The notes under the pieces were generated by a model. The model had not been told where the DNA came from. It did not search any database and saw only the letters and a list, made by a program, of their open reading frames with translations. The position numbers and the translations under genes are program-made. Below are positions 52,716 to 64,000 of a DNA stretch of 64,000 nucleotides, one piece after another; positions within the stretch are counted from its first letter, which is position 1, and each line of letters opens with the position of its first letter. Source of the stretch: Botryllus schlosseri (taxonomy: Eukaryota). The stretch spans positions 15,998,001 to 16,062,000 of the forward strand of contig CM119372.1 of assembly GCA_051294905.1 (NCBI GenBank), read 5' to 3'.

Positions 52716-54853
52716 CAGAGGTCTCAAACACGCGGCCCGCGGGCCGCATGCGGCCCGTCAGAGCATTTTGTGCGGCCCGCGACGACATTTCAGATTTTTA
52801 TTAATTTTACAATATATAAGAGGCACTTATATCTTTTCAAGTTTTAAAGTGAAAATTCCCTCTTAAATTGCTCCGAAAGCCTGAAACTATTCATGAAATT
52901 TCACTCTCCGCGACCATGCAGTAGAGATTCCCTATTTCGCCACATTTCCAATTTATGATGGTAAACCCTGACCCTTAAAACGATAGTCGTTTACAGCACT
53001 ATGCTTAAACGATTCGTGACTGAAATTTGTGAGTTAGACTTGGATGCGACCTTTATCAGAATTACGCGACCTTCATTAGAATTACTCAGGCTCGGGCTGA
53101 CTCGATGGACAAATGAAAATGACCGGAGTGGACTCGGAGTGACTCGGAAAGCTGCGAATTGGTTAGAACCATAGACGCAACAAACTATTCGCGTGTCCCG
53201 GGAATAGCAATAGATCTGAAGGTCGCAGCTTGGCATTTCGCCGACTAAGCAAGTAGTTATGGCAACCATTGGCAATCTGTTAGTTACATCTTGGGTCACT
53301 AAACCATGTTATTAATGCCACTTAAAGGTACCGAGTAGAGATGGTGTGAACGTGAGGTTCACGTTCGCGTTCTGTGTGTGAACCTCAGAAATTTAGAGGT
53401 TCACGTTCACAAACGAACCTTGGTAGGTTCTGCACTGTGAACCTTCTTCGTATATAACAATTTTCACTTCATTATAACATCTTTGGTTTAAATTTATTGC
53501 ATTTCAACTGCGGGCCACTCTATGCATGGCGCTGTCAGCGTAAAAAAATCAACACTAAACGAGCATGCACCTTGACAATCTCAAAATTTGTTGTTGTGAG
53601 CTTGACCCGCAATCACACAACAGCAAGAACAAAATACACTAGATATGTAGGTAGTCAGCGAAGGATGCTTATTCAACCAATCAATGGAATTGATATTGTT
53701 GTCTGATTTAAAAAATCTAGCAGGCGTACTGGGTCGATCTTGACTTCATATGTTTATTGTGTCATAAAATCCAAATTCGTGCGATTGGGCTGTCGGCTTC
53801 TTCTGTATAACTTGTTAACGGGTAATATCGGTACCAAGTATAAAAACCCGTTTTACATTCGGCTCAATATCAACGTAGCAATACTCAAGATGCTGATTAC
53901 ATTATTTGGTCTGGCCTAGATCGTTAAGGCGTAAGCTTATATATTCTTTGCAAGTCGTTGTCGAAATTGTTGGCAAAGTGACGGAAGATATTGATTTAAT
54001 GGGATCATTATGTTATTTGATTGCCCCTGTTGATACATTTGGCGACGTTTAAAACGGCAATATGTACTTCAGCATAGTGCCATTATGTGGCCCGAATCGT
54101 CGCTAGGCATCGTGTACAATCTGTTCATTAATATAGGCTATCACTTCACTGAAAGTTGGGGTTGAAAGTAGCAATATGACGTCACGTGACGTCGTGAGGT
54201 TCACGTTCGCGTTCACACAGAACCTTTCAAAAAGGTTCACGTTCACACGAACCTGAACCTTTCAGTGGTTCACACCATCCCTAGTACCGAGTACGGTAGT
54301 GGTAAGCTCCAACGATGTAACAACAATGGGTTGCTCGGCGTTCCGATATTTCTATAACTATAACACATTCAATAATATATGTATATTGTTATTTTTCTGC
54401 TCCAATATTGGAAGGTATTCGACCATGAGCTCAATTACCCACTTTTCAGGAGTATACCAGAAACCTGGATTGGGCTACACTGCTAAACCCCAAATGCTGT
54501 GATATCAGATAAATCTCTATTATCAATTTGTTAAATTCAAAATATTCATAGTAGCTGCAAAATTATACGCGATAGCTTTTATGATAACATATATTTGTCC
54601 GCTCACATGGCCTAACACTTCTATTCAAATATATATGTGATAATTTTTTTCATGCCAGGCCTAAATTAATACAAAAGTAAATCACATTTTTATGATGAGT
54701 GTTGAATATCAGTCTGCTGGATTGGCTCAATTTCAACCCGTCAAATAAGGCCTACTTAGAAAGACATGGAATATCCCTTTTGATGCTGCGGCCCGCGGCG
54801 TCGTCAAAAACTGGAAAATTGGCCCGCGAGCACATTTGAGTTTGAGACCTCTG
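52716..54853. mobile_element. Buster-type hAT MITE hosting 53336-54283
   Basis: CAGAGGTCTCAAAC...GTTTGAGACCTCTG and perfect TSD GTTTAGTC. Confidence 0.9.
53336..54283 (+). mobile_element. Complete GTTCAC/GAACC-family hAT MITE
   Basis: TAGAGATGGTGTGAAC...GTTCACACCATCCCTA and perfect TSD GTACCGAG. Confidence 0.9.
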
Positions 54854-55129
54854 GTTTAGTCTATACTTCCGTTAGTTACTCGTGTGTATGTGTTTTAGAC
54901 CAGTGGCTCTCAACCGCTGGTCCGTGACAAGTTTCCTACCGGTCCGTAAGGTATATTGGAATTTAACAGTTAAATTGAAAAATGCAAAACGTTGAGTGCT
55001 TGTCCATTAATTAAAGATATAAATATCAAATTATGAATTTGTATAAAAGTGTTGAACGTATTATTTTCATGGCGTCACAATAGTGAGGTCGTCGGGTCAA
55101 CTGTGGCTGTTCGCCACAATGGTACAAGT

Positions 55130-57503
55130 TAGCGATGGTGTGAACCTATGAAAGGTTCAGGCTCGTCTGAACGCCAACCTTTTTGAAAGGTTCTGTGTGA
55201 ACGTGAACGTGAACCTCATGACGTCACGTGACATCATATTGCTAATTCCAGCCCCACATTTCAGTGAAGTAATATATTAATGTACACGATACCTAGCGAC
55301 GACTCGGGCCGCATAATGCCACAATATTGAAGTACATACCAGTGTTGGGATGACTCGAGTCATGACTTGACTCGAGTCAGACTCGAGTCAACTTTTTCGA
55401 ATGACTTGACTTGACTCGAGTCAATTTGCAAAAATGACTTGACTTGACTTGACTCGGCGCTTCAAAAATGTGGATTGACTCGTGACTCGGAGAAAAATTT
55501 ACGAGTCAATTTCAAGTCATCAAGTAAACGGTGTCGACTAAATCAATGTATTCTGTGCATGTTCGGATTATTCACGATACGCCATTGTAACTTGTGAGAG
55601 CAACCAGTCATTCACTGATTGTACGTTTCGCTGATCCTACATTGTTACATCACATATACACTGACCGCATACGAAGTGATCACAGCTTACCTTGTCGTAG
55701 TAGCAGATTAATTTAATAGCAACGTATCGCTGTTTATTGGACTGTTCTGTCCTTACATTGGACGGCGCTCACCTTTACCAACCCTCTTGTATGATTTAAA
55801 TCTAACAAATATATTTTATGTATTTATATCCTCACCGATCTGTATAGATGGCTAGTGTATTGTACGATATCAATTTCTTTCATCTTCTCGAGGCTTCGTA
55901 TTCGATCCTCTATTTTTGCTGATAATAAAAGAATGTATAGCATGTCGCTCAGAGTTGTCAAACTCAACTGACGTCGCGGGTCGAATTCAAATATACAGAT
56001 CACTCGCGGGCCGCACCAGTCAAATGATTCCAAAATATTACTAACTCTTAACTCAATATATGCACTTTTTCGCATTCTCGAAATTGGGTGTTAATGTCAG
56101 CGATTTTCTCCTTACGATAACTACAATCACAACTCCGCTGTCGGGTTGTTATAAAGTGGCCTATGAACATACTCGAAATTTGCTATCTTGAAGGAATATT
56201 TATTAGTAGTATTTCTTACTGCAAATTCGAGAAATGTGTTGAATAAAATCACGCAATTTTCACCATATACTCAGAATTTCTTCGCGCGCCGAATGAAATC
56301 ATTTGGCGGGTCGTATGTTTGACACCCCTGATGTAGCTGTACAGTTACTTACGTATTTTATTAGCAGTTCTACGTGTGCGTGAGCGATACAACGCATTTT
56401 TGCATGTATATTTAATTTTATATTCGTTATTTGATTCAAGATAAATGACCAATTGATCTCTTTAACATAGCCAGTAAAATATAATGAATTTGAATGATCA
56501 CTCATACTTCGAAAATTCAATTTGACTTGAATTGTGACTTGACTCGTGACTTGACTTGATTTGACTTGACTTGACTCGAGTCACCTCCAAAAAACGAGTG
56601 ACTTGACTTGACTCGAGTCACCTTTGAAAATCGATTGACTTGACTTGACTCGAGTCAAAATGTGCAATGACTCGAGATGACTCGTGACTCGAAGGTAGTG
56701 ACTTGATCCCAACACTGGTACATACTGACTTTTTAAACGTCGCCAAATGTATCAACTGGGGTAATCAAATGATATAATATTCCAATAAAATCAATATCTT
56801 CTGTCGCTTTGCCAACAATTTCGACGAGGACCTGCTAGGGAATATAACATTTCGCCTTAATGGTCTAGGCCAGACCGGACAATATATTCGGCGTCTGAGT
56901 GTTCCTACGTTGATATTGTGCAGAGTGTAAAACGGTTTCTATACTTGCTACCGATATTACCCCATTAACAAGCTATACAGCAGTAGCCAACACCCCAATC
57001 GCATGGATTTGGATTTTATGATGCAATAAACTTCCGAAATCAAGATGGACCCCGCACGCTTGCTGGATTTTTTACATAAGACAACGACAGCAATTTCATT
57101 GATTGGTTGAATGAGCATCATTCGCCGACTAGCGGATTTCGCTTTTGATGTTGTGTGATTGCGAGTCAAGCTCACAGTAGAGAGTCACTAAATATTCGCA
57201 AACGGAAAGCTTGATATTTCGAGCAAACTTTTGTAACAAAGCAAGTAAAATATTTGAGATTGTCAAGGTGCATGATCGTTTAGTGTTGATTTTTTTATGC
57301 TGCCAGTGCCATGTATAGAGTGGCCCGCAGTTAAAAAAAAAACGCAAAAAATTTCAACCAATTAGTTATAATGACCGGAAAATTGTAATATAAGAAAAAG
57401 GCTCACAATGCAGAACCTACCAAGGTTCGTTTGTGAACGCGAACCTTTAAATTTCTGAAGTTCACGCACAGAACGCGAACGTCAATCTCACTTTCACACC
57501 ATC
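55130..57503 (-). mobile_element. GTTCAC-family MITE split by a GACTT MITE
   Basis: Reverse complement of 53336-54283 once 55340-56725 is removed. Confidence 0.85.
55340..56717 (+). mobile_element. GACTT-family hAT MITE with an internal insertion ending ~56330
   Basis: CAGTGTTGGGAT...ATCCCAACACTG and perfect TSD GTACATAC. Confidence 0.9.
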
Positions 57504-58050
57504 ACACCAGAGTGTTATAAGACACTTTCAAAAAGTAGCCTACAGCTCATTTCGGACAAGTTTTATGTGAAAACTACGGGGACTATTAAACAAATTTCTA
57601 TAAAGAAAATCTTGACAGTATAATAGAGCCTCTAGCGAATGGCATATTCACATTTCTTTCAAAAAGAACCAAACAATCATAATGAAGTTAGTGGTCTAAC
57701 GTGACTTCGCGAACTCCGCCATGTAGAAGCTTCAATGGAACCACGTATATTTGTCTATAATCGAAAGGCATCATTAAATGGAGTTTCCAATAACGCATGA
57801 AAGTTTTCGAAATTGAATTTAGGGTGCCATTTGGTTTTTGAAAATTCGCCGGTCCGCGAGATTGGTTTTGAAATTTTACCGGTCCGCGAGGTCAAGAAAG
57901 TTGACAACCACTGTTACTTTTTAAACATTACATTCTAAAAAGTGGAAAGTTGTTGTGTGACTATTTTGCGTCTCTTTTATGAGTGAAATCGTCATAAGAA
58001 CCACATGACGTAGCCGCTGTATTATGGTCAATAACAACAATCGTCCATGC

Positions 58051-58320
58051 GTGGCGAGATAGCGTGGCGTAATAATTCGCAGCTGCAACACTGATGGGTT
58101 GCGTGTTCGAAACCGAGGGCGACTACAGAATTCCTACCTGAGTGGTAAAGGTTTATCTAGGCTCCTCCTCGCTATCTCATCCGTGTAAGCGGTGTATTAT
58201 TACCCTAGAAGTGGGCTATGCTACAGATGGGCAGCTAAAGAATATATAAAGAAAATTGGCCCGGTGTAAATGACCATGGTAGTCGACAACCACCATAAAT
58301 ACACAAAACAGACGAATAAA
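58051..58320 (+). mobile_element. tRNA-derived SINE
   Basis: A-box-like TGGCGAGATAG, B-box GTTCGAAAC at 58105-58113, second copy at 36352-36625. Confidence 0.65.
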
Positions 58321-60431
58321 CAATCATCAGAATATATTTTATTCTGCCCAACACACACACAAAATGTACAATGCAATACAATACAAGCATCGGAAGGGGG
58401 GCGCGAAGCTGCGGTCAACTGGAGAAACTTCGGGCTCCTCGCGATTTACCTCTAATTCATTGATATTGCTCTGTGCATAGTCCGAATTTCACATTTCAGA
58501 ATCCTCTCATCAACAATCATAACCTTCCATGCCATCAAACTGTACATTGAGATTGCTGGCATTCTGGTTGCATTTTACGACATTACGATAAGGGGGCGCG
58601 AAATTTTTCACTATCATAAACGGGGGCGTGTCTAGAATAGGTTGAGAACCACTGGCTAAACAGTGGTTTTTAAAATTTTAGATTTCACCCAAAATCTTAG
58701 TTTTAGTAGCATTTCGCCACCCCAGCATCATACGTCAAAAAGAATGCATTTTTAATATTAGTATGGTATGTGCATGTGTAGTGCATTTGTACTACTGTCG
58801 ATATAGATTGCAAGGACGGGAATATTTAGTGCCGCATATTTTCACGACAGGACATGTTAATATCGAAGGTTTTGGCCAACCTGCGACGGTCACTTTGGCC
58901 AAGGTTTTATCGCTGACGTTCTTTTTAGCGTAGCACTTTGCCCCACCATATGTCGGCTAAAACTTTATGTTTACACGTGTCCCACCACGGAATGGGTTGG
59001 ACTCGAAATACCTTTGTATATCATAGGACGGTAAGCGTTCGTTATACACCCTTACACCAATGCAATCCGAAGGTCCCCTACGATGCTATTCGGAGAAACC
59101 AATGTCGGACACTATTTTCAAGTACTGCAGTAGGTAGGTGACGGTGCGGCACATTTGATACAAGGGCACAATGGCGCATTCTGAATATTTTTAAAGCCTG
59201 GCATAAAGAATAAACATAACATTAACAAATACCAATTGTTAGTTTTGATAACATGCGTAAATATACATCAATACCTTTCGATCGTATTTCTAGAGTATAT
59301 CTTATTTATTGTTCTTACAATTAGTACATTGCTTAGTTAGAGCAATTATCAGTCGCATTAAAAACTAGTTTAGGTGCAGAATCGCGATTTAAAAATTTAT
59401 TGATGTTTTTGTTCAGAGGATGTGAGTAGGGCACATCAGGCGAATTTGGCAGGGTCACGATGGATTCGTTAATTTCCGAAGGCAGTTTTAACATTTATGA
59501 TGACGGTCACCAGTAGAAAGTGCAGAAGCAAGATCGTTACCTACAGCCCCTTGAAAAACACCCCCATCAGTGTCATGGAATAAATGGAGAACAATTATTA
59601 AAGTGACTTCAGTGACGTATTTCTGCGACCCGATAATCTGAAGCTGTAAAGCGCCTGAATAAATGTTTGACTGCAGGTCGCATTACAGATACCACGATAG
59701 CATCGTCAACAGAATAGTATTGCATCATCCAACCGAACTGCATAGTACTTCTCCTCATGCATGCAAACGGTTTCCAAAACAACTTAATGCGGAAGTTGGT
59801 ATGCGGTATAAATTACTAAATATGACTAAAAGTAAACTTTCGCGAGAGACAAGTCTGCCACACGGATAGCCGCGCTGATCATAACAGCTGTCTTCCCGTA
59901 AGTGGTGCTATTATACATGTGTGCATTTGTGGCAGCCAATGCAGTAATATGTCGTTTTCTTCGTACAATTACATTTAAACGATTCTCATGAAACAATTTT
60001 TTACGGTCATGTCAACAGCAATGAAGCTGACGCTATTTTGCGCAGTTATTCTTCATTCTCGATTTGGAAACGTGGCTGTAACATCACTAATTCTAGGATG
60101 CTAGCCGCAGTAAATCCACGAGAACGCAAATGCAGCTTGCAGCTCGCCAATCGCAAAATAACTTCACTCAGAGCTCAAAACGATGTTGTAGTTGGCACTG
60201 CTAACTGTAATATGATTTGGTATCATGTAAAGTCATCTCGCAATATCATATCTTAGTCTCTTGTACCGTGGTGCTCGCAGTGAAGTTGGATATAATATTA
60301 TCATGAATCTTGACCCCATGCAGCATTTAGTCTTGCACTAACACTTCACTTTTCATCTGTGTGTTGCGGTGCGCGTCATTCGTCAGAGTACAAAACGGAT
60401 TGATCGCCGGACCCAAGCTAGACGAAAGAAC

Positions 60432-60453
60432 ATGAACGGAGAATATGAAACAG
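60432..60453 (+). CDS. GCH1: Probable first coding exon of GTP cyclohydrolase I (MNGEYET)
   Basis: AACATG start and CAG|GTAAGG donor. Phase 1 matches the acceptor at 62022. Confidence 0.55.
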
Positions 60454-62021
60454 GTAAGGAAGTGAGAAGGTAAATCTGTTGCAGCGCTGGGGTTGTCCTT
60501 AGAGATTATATTACCGGCGCATCAATATCCGGATAGCAAGAGGACATCTTTCATTATTGCAAGAAGTAGCGGGCCATAATTAATGGGACCTATGAGGTTG
60601 AGAACCGTTACCTTAGTACAGAAACAACTAGTCCATAAGACTTCTAAAGGTATATCAGGTGGATTACTTAATGTAGGAAGAGATATTTGAATTTGGATTC
60701 GGCATTATACTCAAATATAAATAGAATTAGACCTAACTATATGTTGGCTCACCGCAGTAGACAGAAACCACTTGATATAGAATTGGCAAATCGGTACTTG
60801 AAAACGTACCAATCGAGTAACTTGACATGTTGTTGGACATATGCCACGTGGGGAGCTGATATGACATTTTGATGGCATATGCATGATCAAGGAAAAACAG
60901 TTCTAAGGACGCTACAGGAAGGGTTGGCAGAACTACATAATTGTAAATACGTATACACAGCGTAAATGAACCTCGGTAGTTTGTAAGACCAAGTTCCCTC
61001 ATAACGTCGATTGCCAGCTATCTAAAATCCTTTCTCTGCTTTGACCCCGCGCCGAGAAATTGCAATAGTGCAGATATGCGTGGTGAAACTTTTGCAAGAG
61101 GTTAACCAGCAACAACGTGTTACTTCCATACCACAAATATACACATAGTGTAACGGTAACACTCGCGAACATGTTTAGGAAGCAATTCGAATACGGTGGC
61201 TTTCTTGAGAAAATGACTGCTGCCGAAATGTTTTTCGCACTTTCAATTCCAACTTAAGATCACATAACATTCATACCGTAGTACCCCTTTATTCACTGTA
61301 TGTCAAATTATTCCAAACTTAAAATTGGTCGCATCTTGGTAATTGGCGCTCTTTCCCAGTAGAATTATATGACAACAGCGAGGTTACTAAAAAAACTTTT
61401 GAGACTCGATTGCGGTTTATGCTTAATCAGTGACTAAATTGGATGGTTAGTTATGGTTATACAGTATACATAGCACTTCTCCGATGATGGCAATAGTTGC
61501 GTCCGTCGATATTACGTGACCACCATCGTTGGTATATGTACAATTAGTATATATGTTGAAGAAGGGCCTATGTCTGTTTCTTTGGACATTTTAGGGTCTT
61601 ATTGAATATTTCATTCGACGCTTATATTTACTGTATGCGAAACAATGCAGGAAGTTGAAATGCACGGTGGGATACGCACTGTAGGGTTACCATACGTCCT
61701 CTTTTTTCAAGAAATCGAAAATGTCCTCCGAAAACGCTCAGTTGTCCTTGTTTTTGGTAATTCGTCTTCCTCTATAGCTGTGACAGCCAGAACGACAGGA
61801 CGAACTGAAAAACGCTATAAATACCGCGAAATATGATTTCGACGTCAGTGACGGCATGTACGATAAATGAACTTAGAGCGGGTCTTCCGGGAGTCGATTT
61901 GAGAAAATGACCCTTTTTAGTAAACACAACAGGACACAACAATATTTCTAATCGAATATTTCCATGTTTACTCCAAACGTTATAGTTAGTGTTAATATTT
62001 CACAATCCTTCCATTCTTTAG

Positions 62022-62186
62022 TGAAGGACACCAGACGAAAGGGGCTTGTTGCGTTGGAAAATGCCTACCGGGTGGTACTGGAGCGAGTTGGAGAGGATCC
62101 CACAAGACAAGGCGTAGTGAAAACGCCCTATCGCGCTGCCAAAGCTATGCTGTACTTGACGAAAGGCTATCAACAATCTTTGGAAG
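62022..62186 (+). CDS. GCH1: GTP cyclohydrolase I exon (remainder lies beyond the window)
   Basis: [44 protein letters not shown] matches the GCH1 N-terminal helices. Pyrimidine-rich TTTAG acceptor and AAG|GTATAG donor. Confidence 0.9.
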
Positions 62187-62883
62187 GTATAGGCACATAG
62201 ATAATATTAGAGTGGTGCGACCTTAGGAGCGTTAACCCGCTGCTTTAACTATGACATGAAGTTTATCTTCTCTTGCCGCGTTGTAGGATGGTGGCCTGCG
62301 TATAGGCATAGAAAACAATTCTCCTAATGATGGTCTGGTATTAGCATAATTTCGTTTCTAGCGAAGTCACTCAATGATGACAGGTAGATGTTCATATAGT
62401 GAGATGGAATTATCCAACCATACCCGTCGGTGAGTATTTATTCCAGTGGTAATAACTAGGGCTAGGCAAAATCGAGCTGCATACCGGAATCATTCGATTT
62501 TTAATGGGGTATTATGCTACGAGGCGAATATTCGAGTATCTCTCATCATGACGTCCCAGTAGTCTTAATGATGGGCAAAGTTCCCACCTGTACCTATACA
62601 AAGAAGATAATGCCAACTCCACAACACAGCAAAGATGATTTGGTAATTTTTCGACCACACCAATTTCAATGTACACTGTAAAAAATAAACCGTGTATTTA
62701 ACGTGTTTTTTGCATGTTTTTTCCAATAATACGTTAAACGACGGAAAACGCCGACGTGTTTTTGAAATAAACAAGTTTAAAACCGAAAACGCGACGTGTT
62801 TTCCAATTAATCAAGTTCAAAACTGAAACGTAACATGTTATGTAGAAAACATGTTGCGTTTCAGTTTGGAATAACGTTGCTCT

Positions 62884-63147
62884 GATTTGAAAGCTACTGT
62901 CGCGCTGATTCCGAAAATATGCATTAAAATCTAATCAGGGCAATGGAACGCCTTCGAAATACACCCAAAAGTATGAAATTCGGCATTGTTCCGAACCACG
63001 CGTTATAGGGCCATTGTGCTGCGTCGCTGCGATTGTTTGGAACAATGCTGATTTTCAGATTTTGAAGGCTACTTCGGGGTAATTCCATTGCCCTATTGAA
63101 ATTTTAATGTATACTTTCAGAATCATCGCCACGGTAGCTTTCAAATG
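62884..63147. repeat. Imperfect foldback palindrome
   Basis: ATTTGAAAGCTAC...AGGGCAATGGAA...GCATTGTTCC is mirrored by GGAACAATGC...TTCCATTGCCCT...GTAGCTTTCAAAT. Confidence 0.75.
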
Positions 63148-63307
63148 AAATCAACTATATCTAATTTGAGCGCTCGGGTCTGAAGCTATGGGATATGAAA
63201 TTATGTAACGTTCAGATTGCTGAGCAAGCAAGCGTGACGATAGCTGTTGCGAATCTATCCGTATAGGTTAGCTATCTATTATAAAACATGTGAGTATTCG
63301 TCGTAAT

Positions 63308-63510
63308 ATATTAGTTCACACCTTACACGATTTCAGTATCCGTCGTGATTGGTTGAAAAACGGCGGCATCATATTAGTTCACACCTGACCTCACACGATT
63401 TCGGTATCCGTTGTGATTGGTTGGAAAACAGGAAATTTTAGTTCGCGGCTCATACGATTTCAGTATCCGTCGTGATTGGTTGAAAACGGCGGTGATATAT
63501 TAGTTCACGG
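63308..63510. repeat. Minisatellite, about three units of ~60-65 bp
   Basis: TTAGTTCAC...ACGATTTCAGTATCCGTCGTGATTGGTTGAAAA is repeated. Confidence 0.85.
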
Positions 63511-64000
63511 CTGAAAAATGGGTTGAACCGGATGAGTTCAAAACTGAACAGTGAACACAATGACTCGCACTCAGACCCTAACCACAACACTACAACACGA
63601 CCCTCTACTCACTGACATGGATTCGGACTTGACTAAGGCGTGAATTGAGAATCAATCGACTTGACTCGAGTCAAAACAAAAAAAAGTTAGATTGACTTGT
63701 GACTTGGAACCAAGTGTATTGGTTACAGCCCGGCTTTGCAATGCATGCTACGTATGTTGCGATGCGATTAATCCGGGTGTACAGACTTCCACAGGGCAAA
63801 ATAATATCAAAATTCCAATTATCGTTGATAAATTAGGCTACCTTTCAATGCCAGGAGCATATGATTTCAGTTTTCGAATGAACAATCTGTCACTGTACTC
63901 GGCTCGAATCAAAAATATAGATACTTGTTCCGTTCGAATACTCGAATCATTGTGCGCAGCATTAGTAACAGTCCGAAACGCCTCTGTTTGCTGCAGTTCC

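Larger units (their letters stand above)
54901..57913. mobile_element. Charlie-type MITE (GGTCCG motifs) hosting nested elements
   Basis: CAGTGGCTCTCAAC...GTTGACAACCACTG. TSD not recovered. Confidence 0.6.

Noticed and set aside
58051..58125. tRNA gene
   Set aside because: A B-box is present but I could not fold a cloverleaf. The sequence continues into a dispersed body, so it is better called a SINE.
61964..62200. Single-exon 78-aa ORF or bacterial folE
   Set aside because: GCH1 similarity is confined between splice signals. The ORF's start and stop are intronic.

Overview
This is eukaryotic animal genomic DNA, not prokaryotic. An invertebrate source is likely, and a tunicate is only a guess from its style. 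Most ORF-track entries are spurious. The window is mainly nested transposons: (1) many non-autonomous hAT-type elements with short TIRs and 8-bp target-site duplications (TSDs) that can be read directly; (2) a full-length but frameshifted I-group LINE (25600-30933, minus, 12-bp TSD); (3) a decayed Penelope-like element whose terminal repeat carries a minimal hammerhead ribozyme motif, with a second core-intact copy at 47403-47436; (4) a transposase remnant with 652-bp inverted repeats made by duplicating its own 3' end; (5) R4/Dong-like, CR1/L2-like and SINE remnants. Two host genes are visible: the 5' exons of GTP cyclohydrolase I (60432-62186, plus) and a candidate small secreted Cys-containing protein (15290-15815, minus). 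I found no convincing evidence of a wholly new multi-gene system. The best leads are the hammerhead, the double-3'-ended transposon, the orphan secreted gene and a GNA-triloop hairpin motif shared by unrelated elements. Coordinates were counted by hand and may be off by a few bases.
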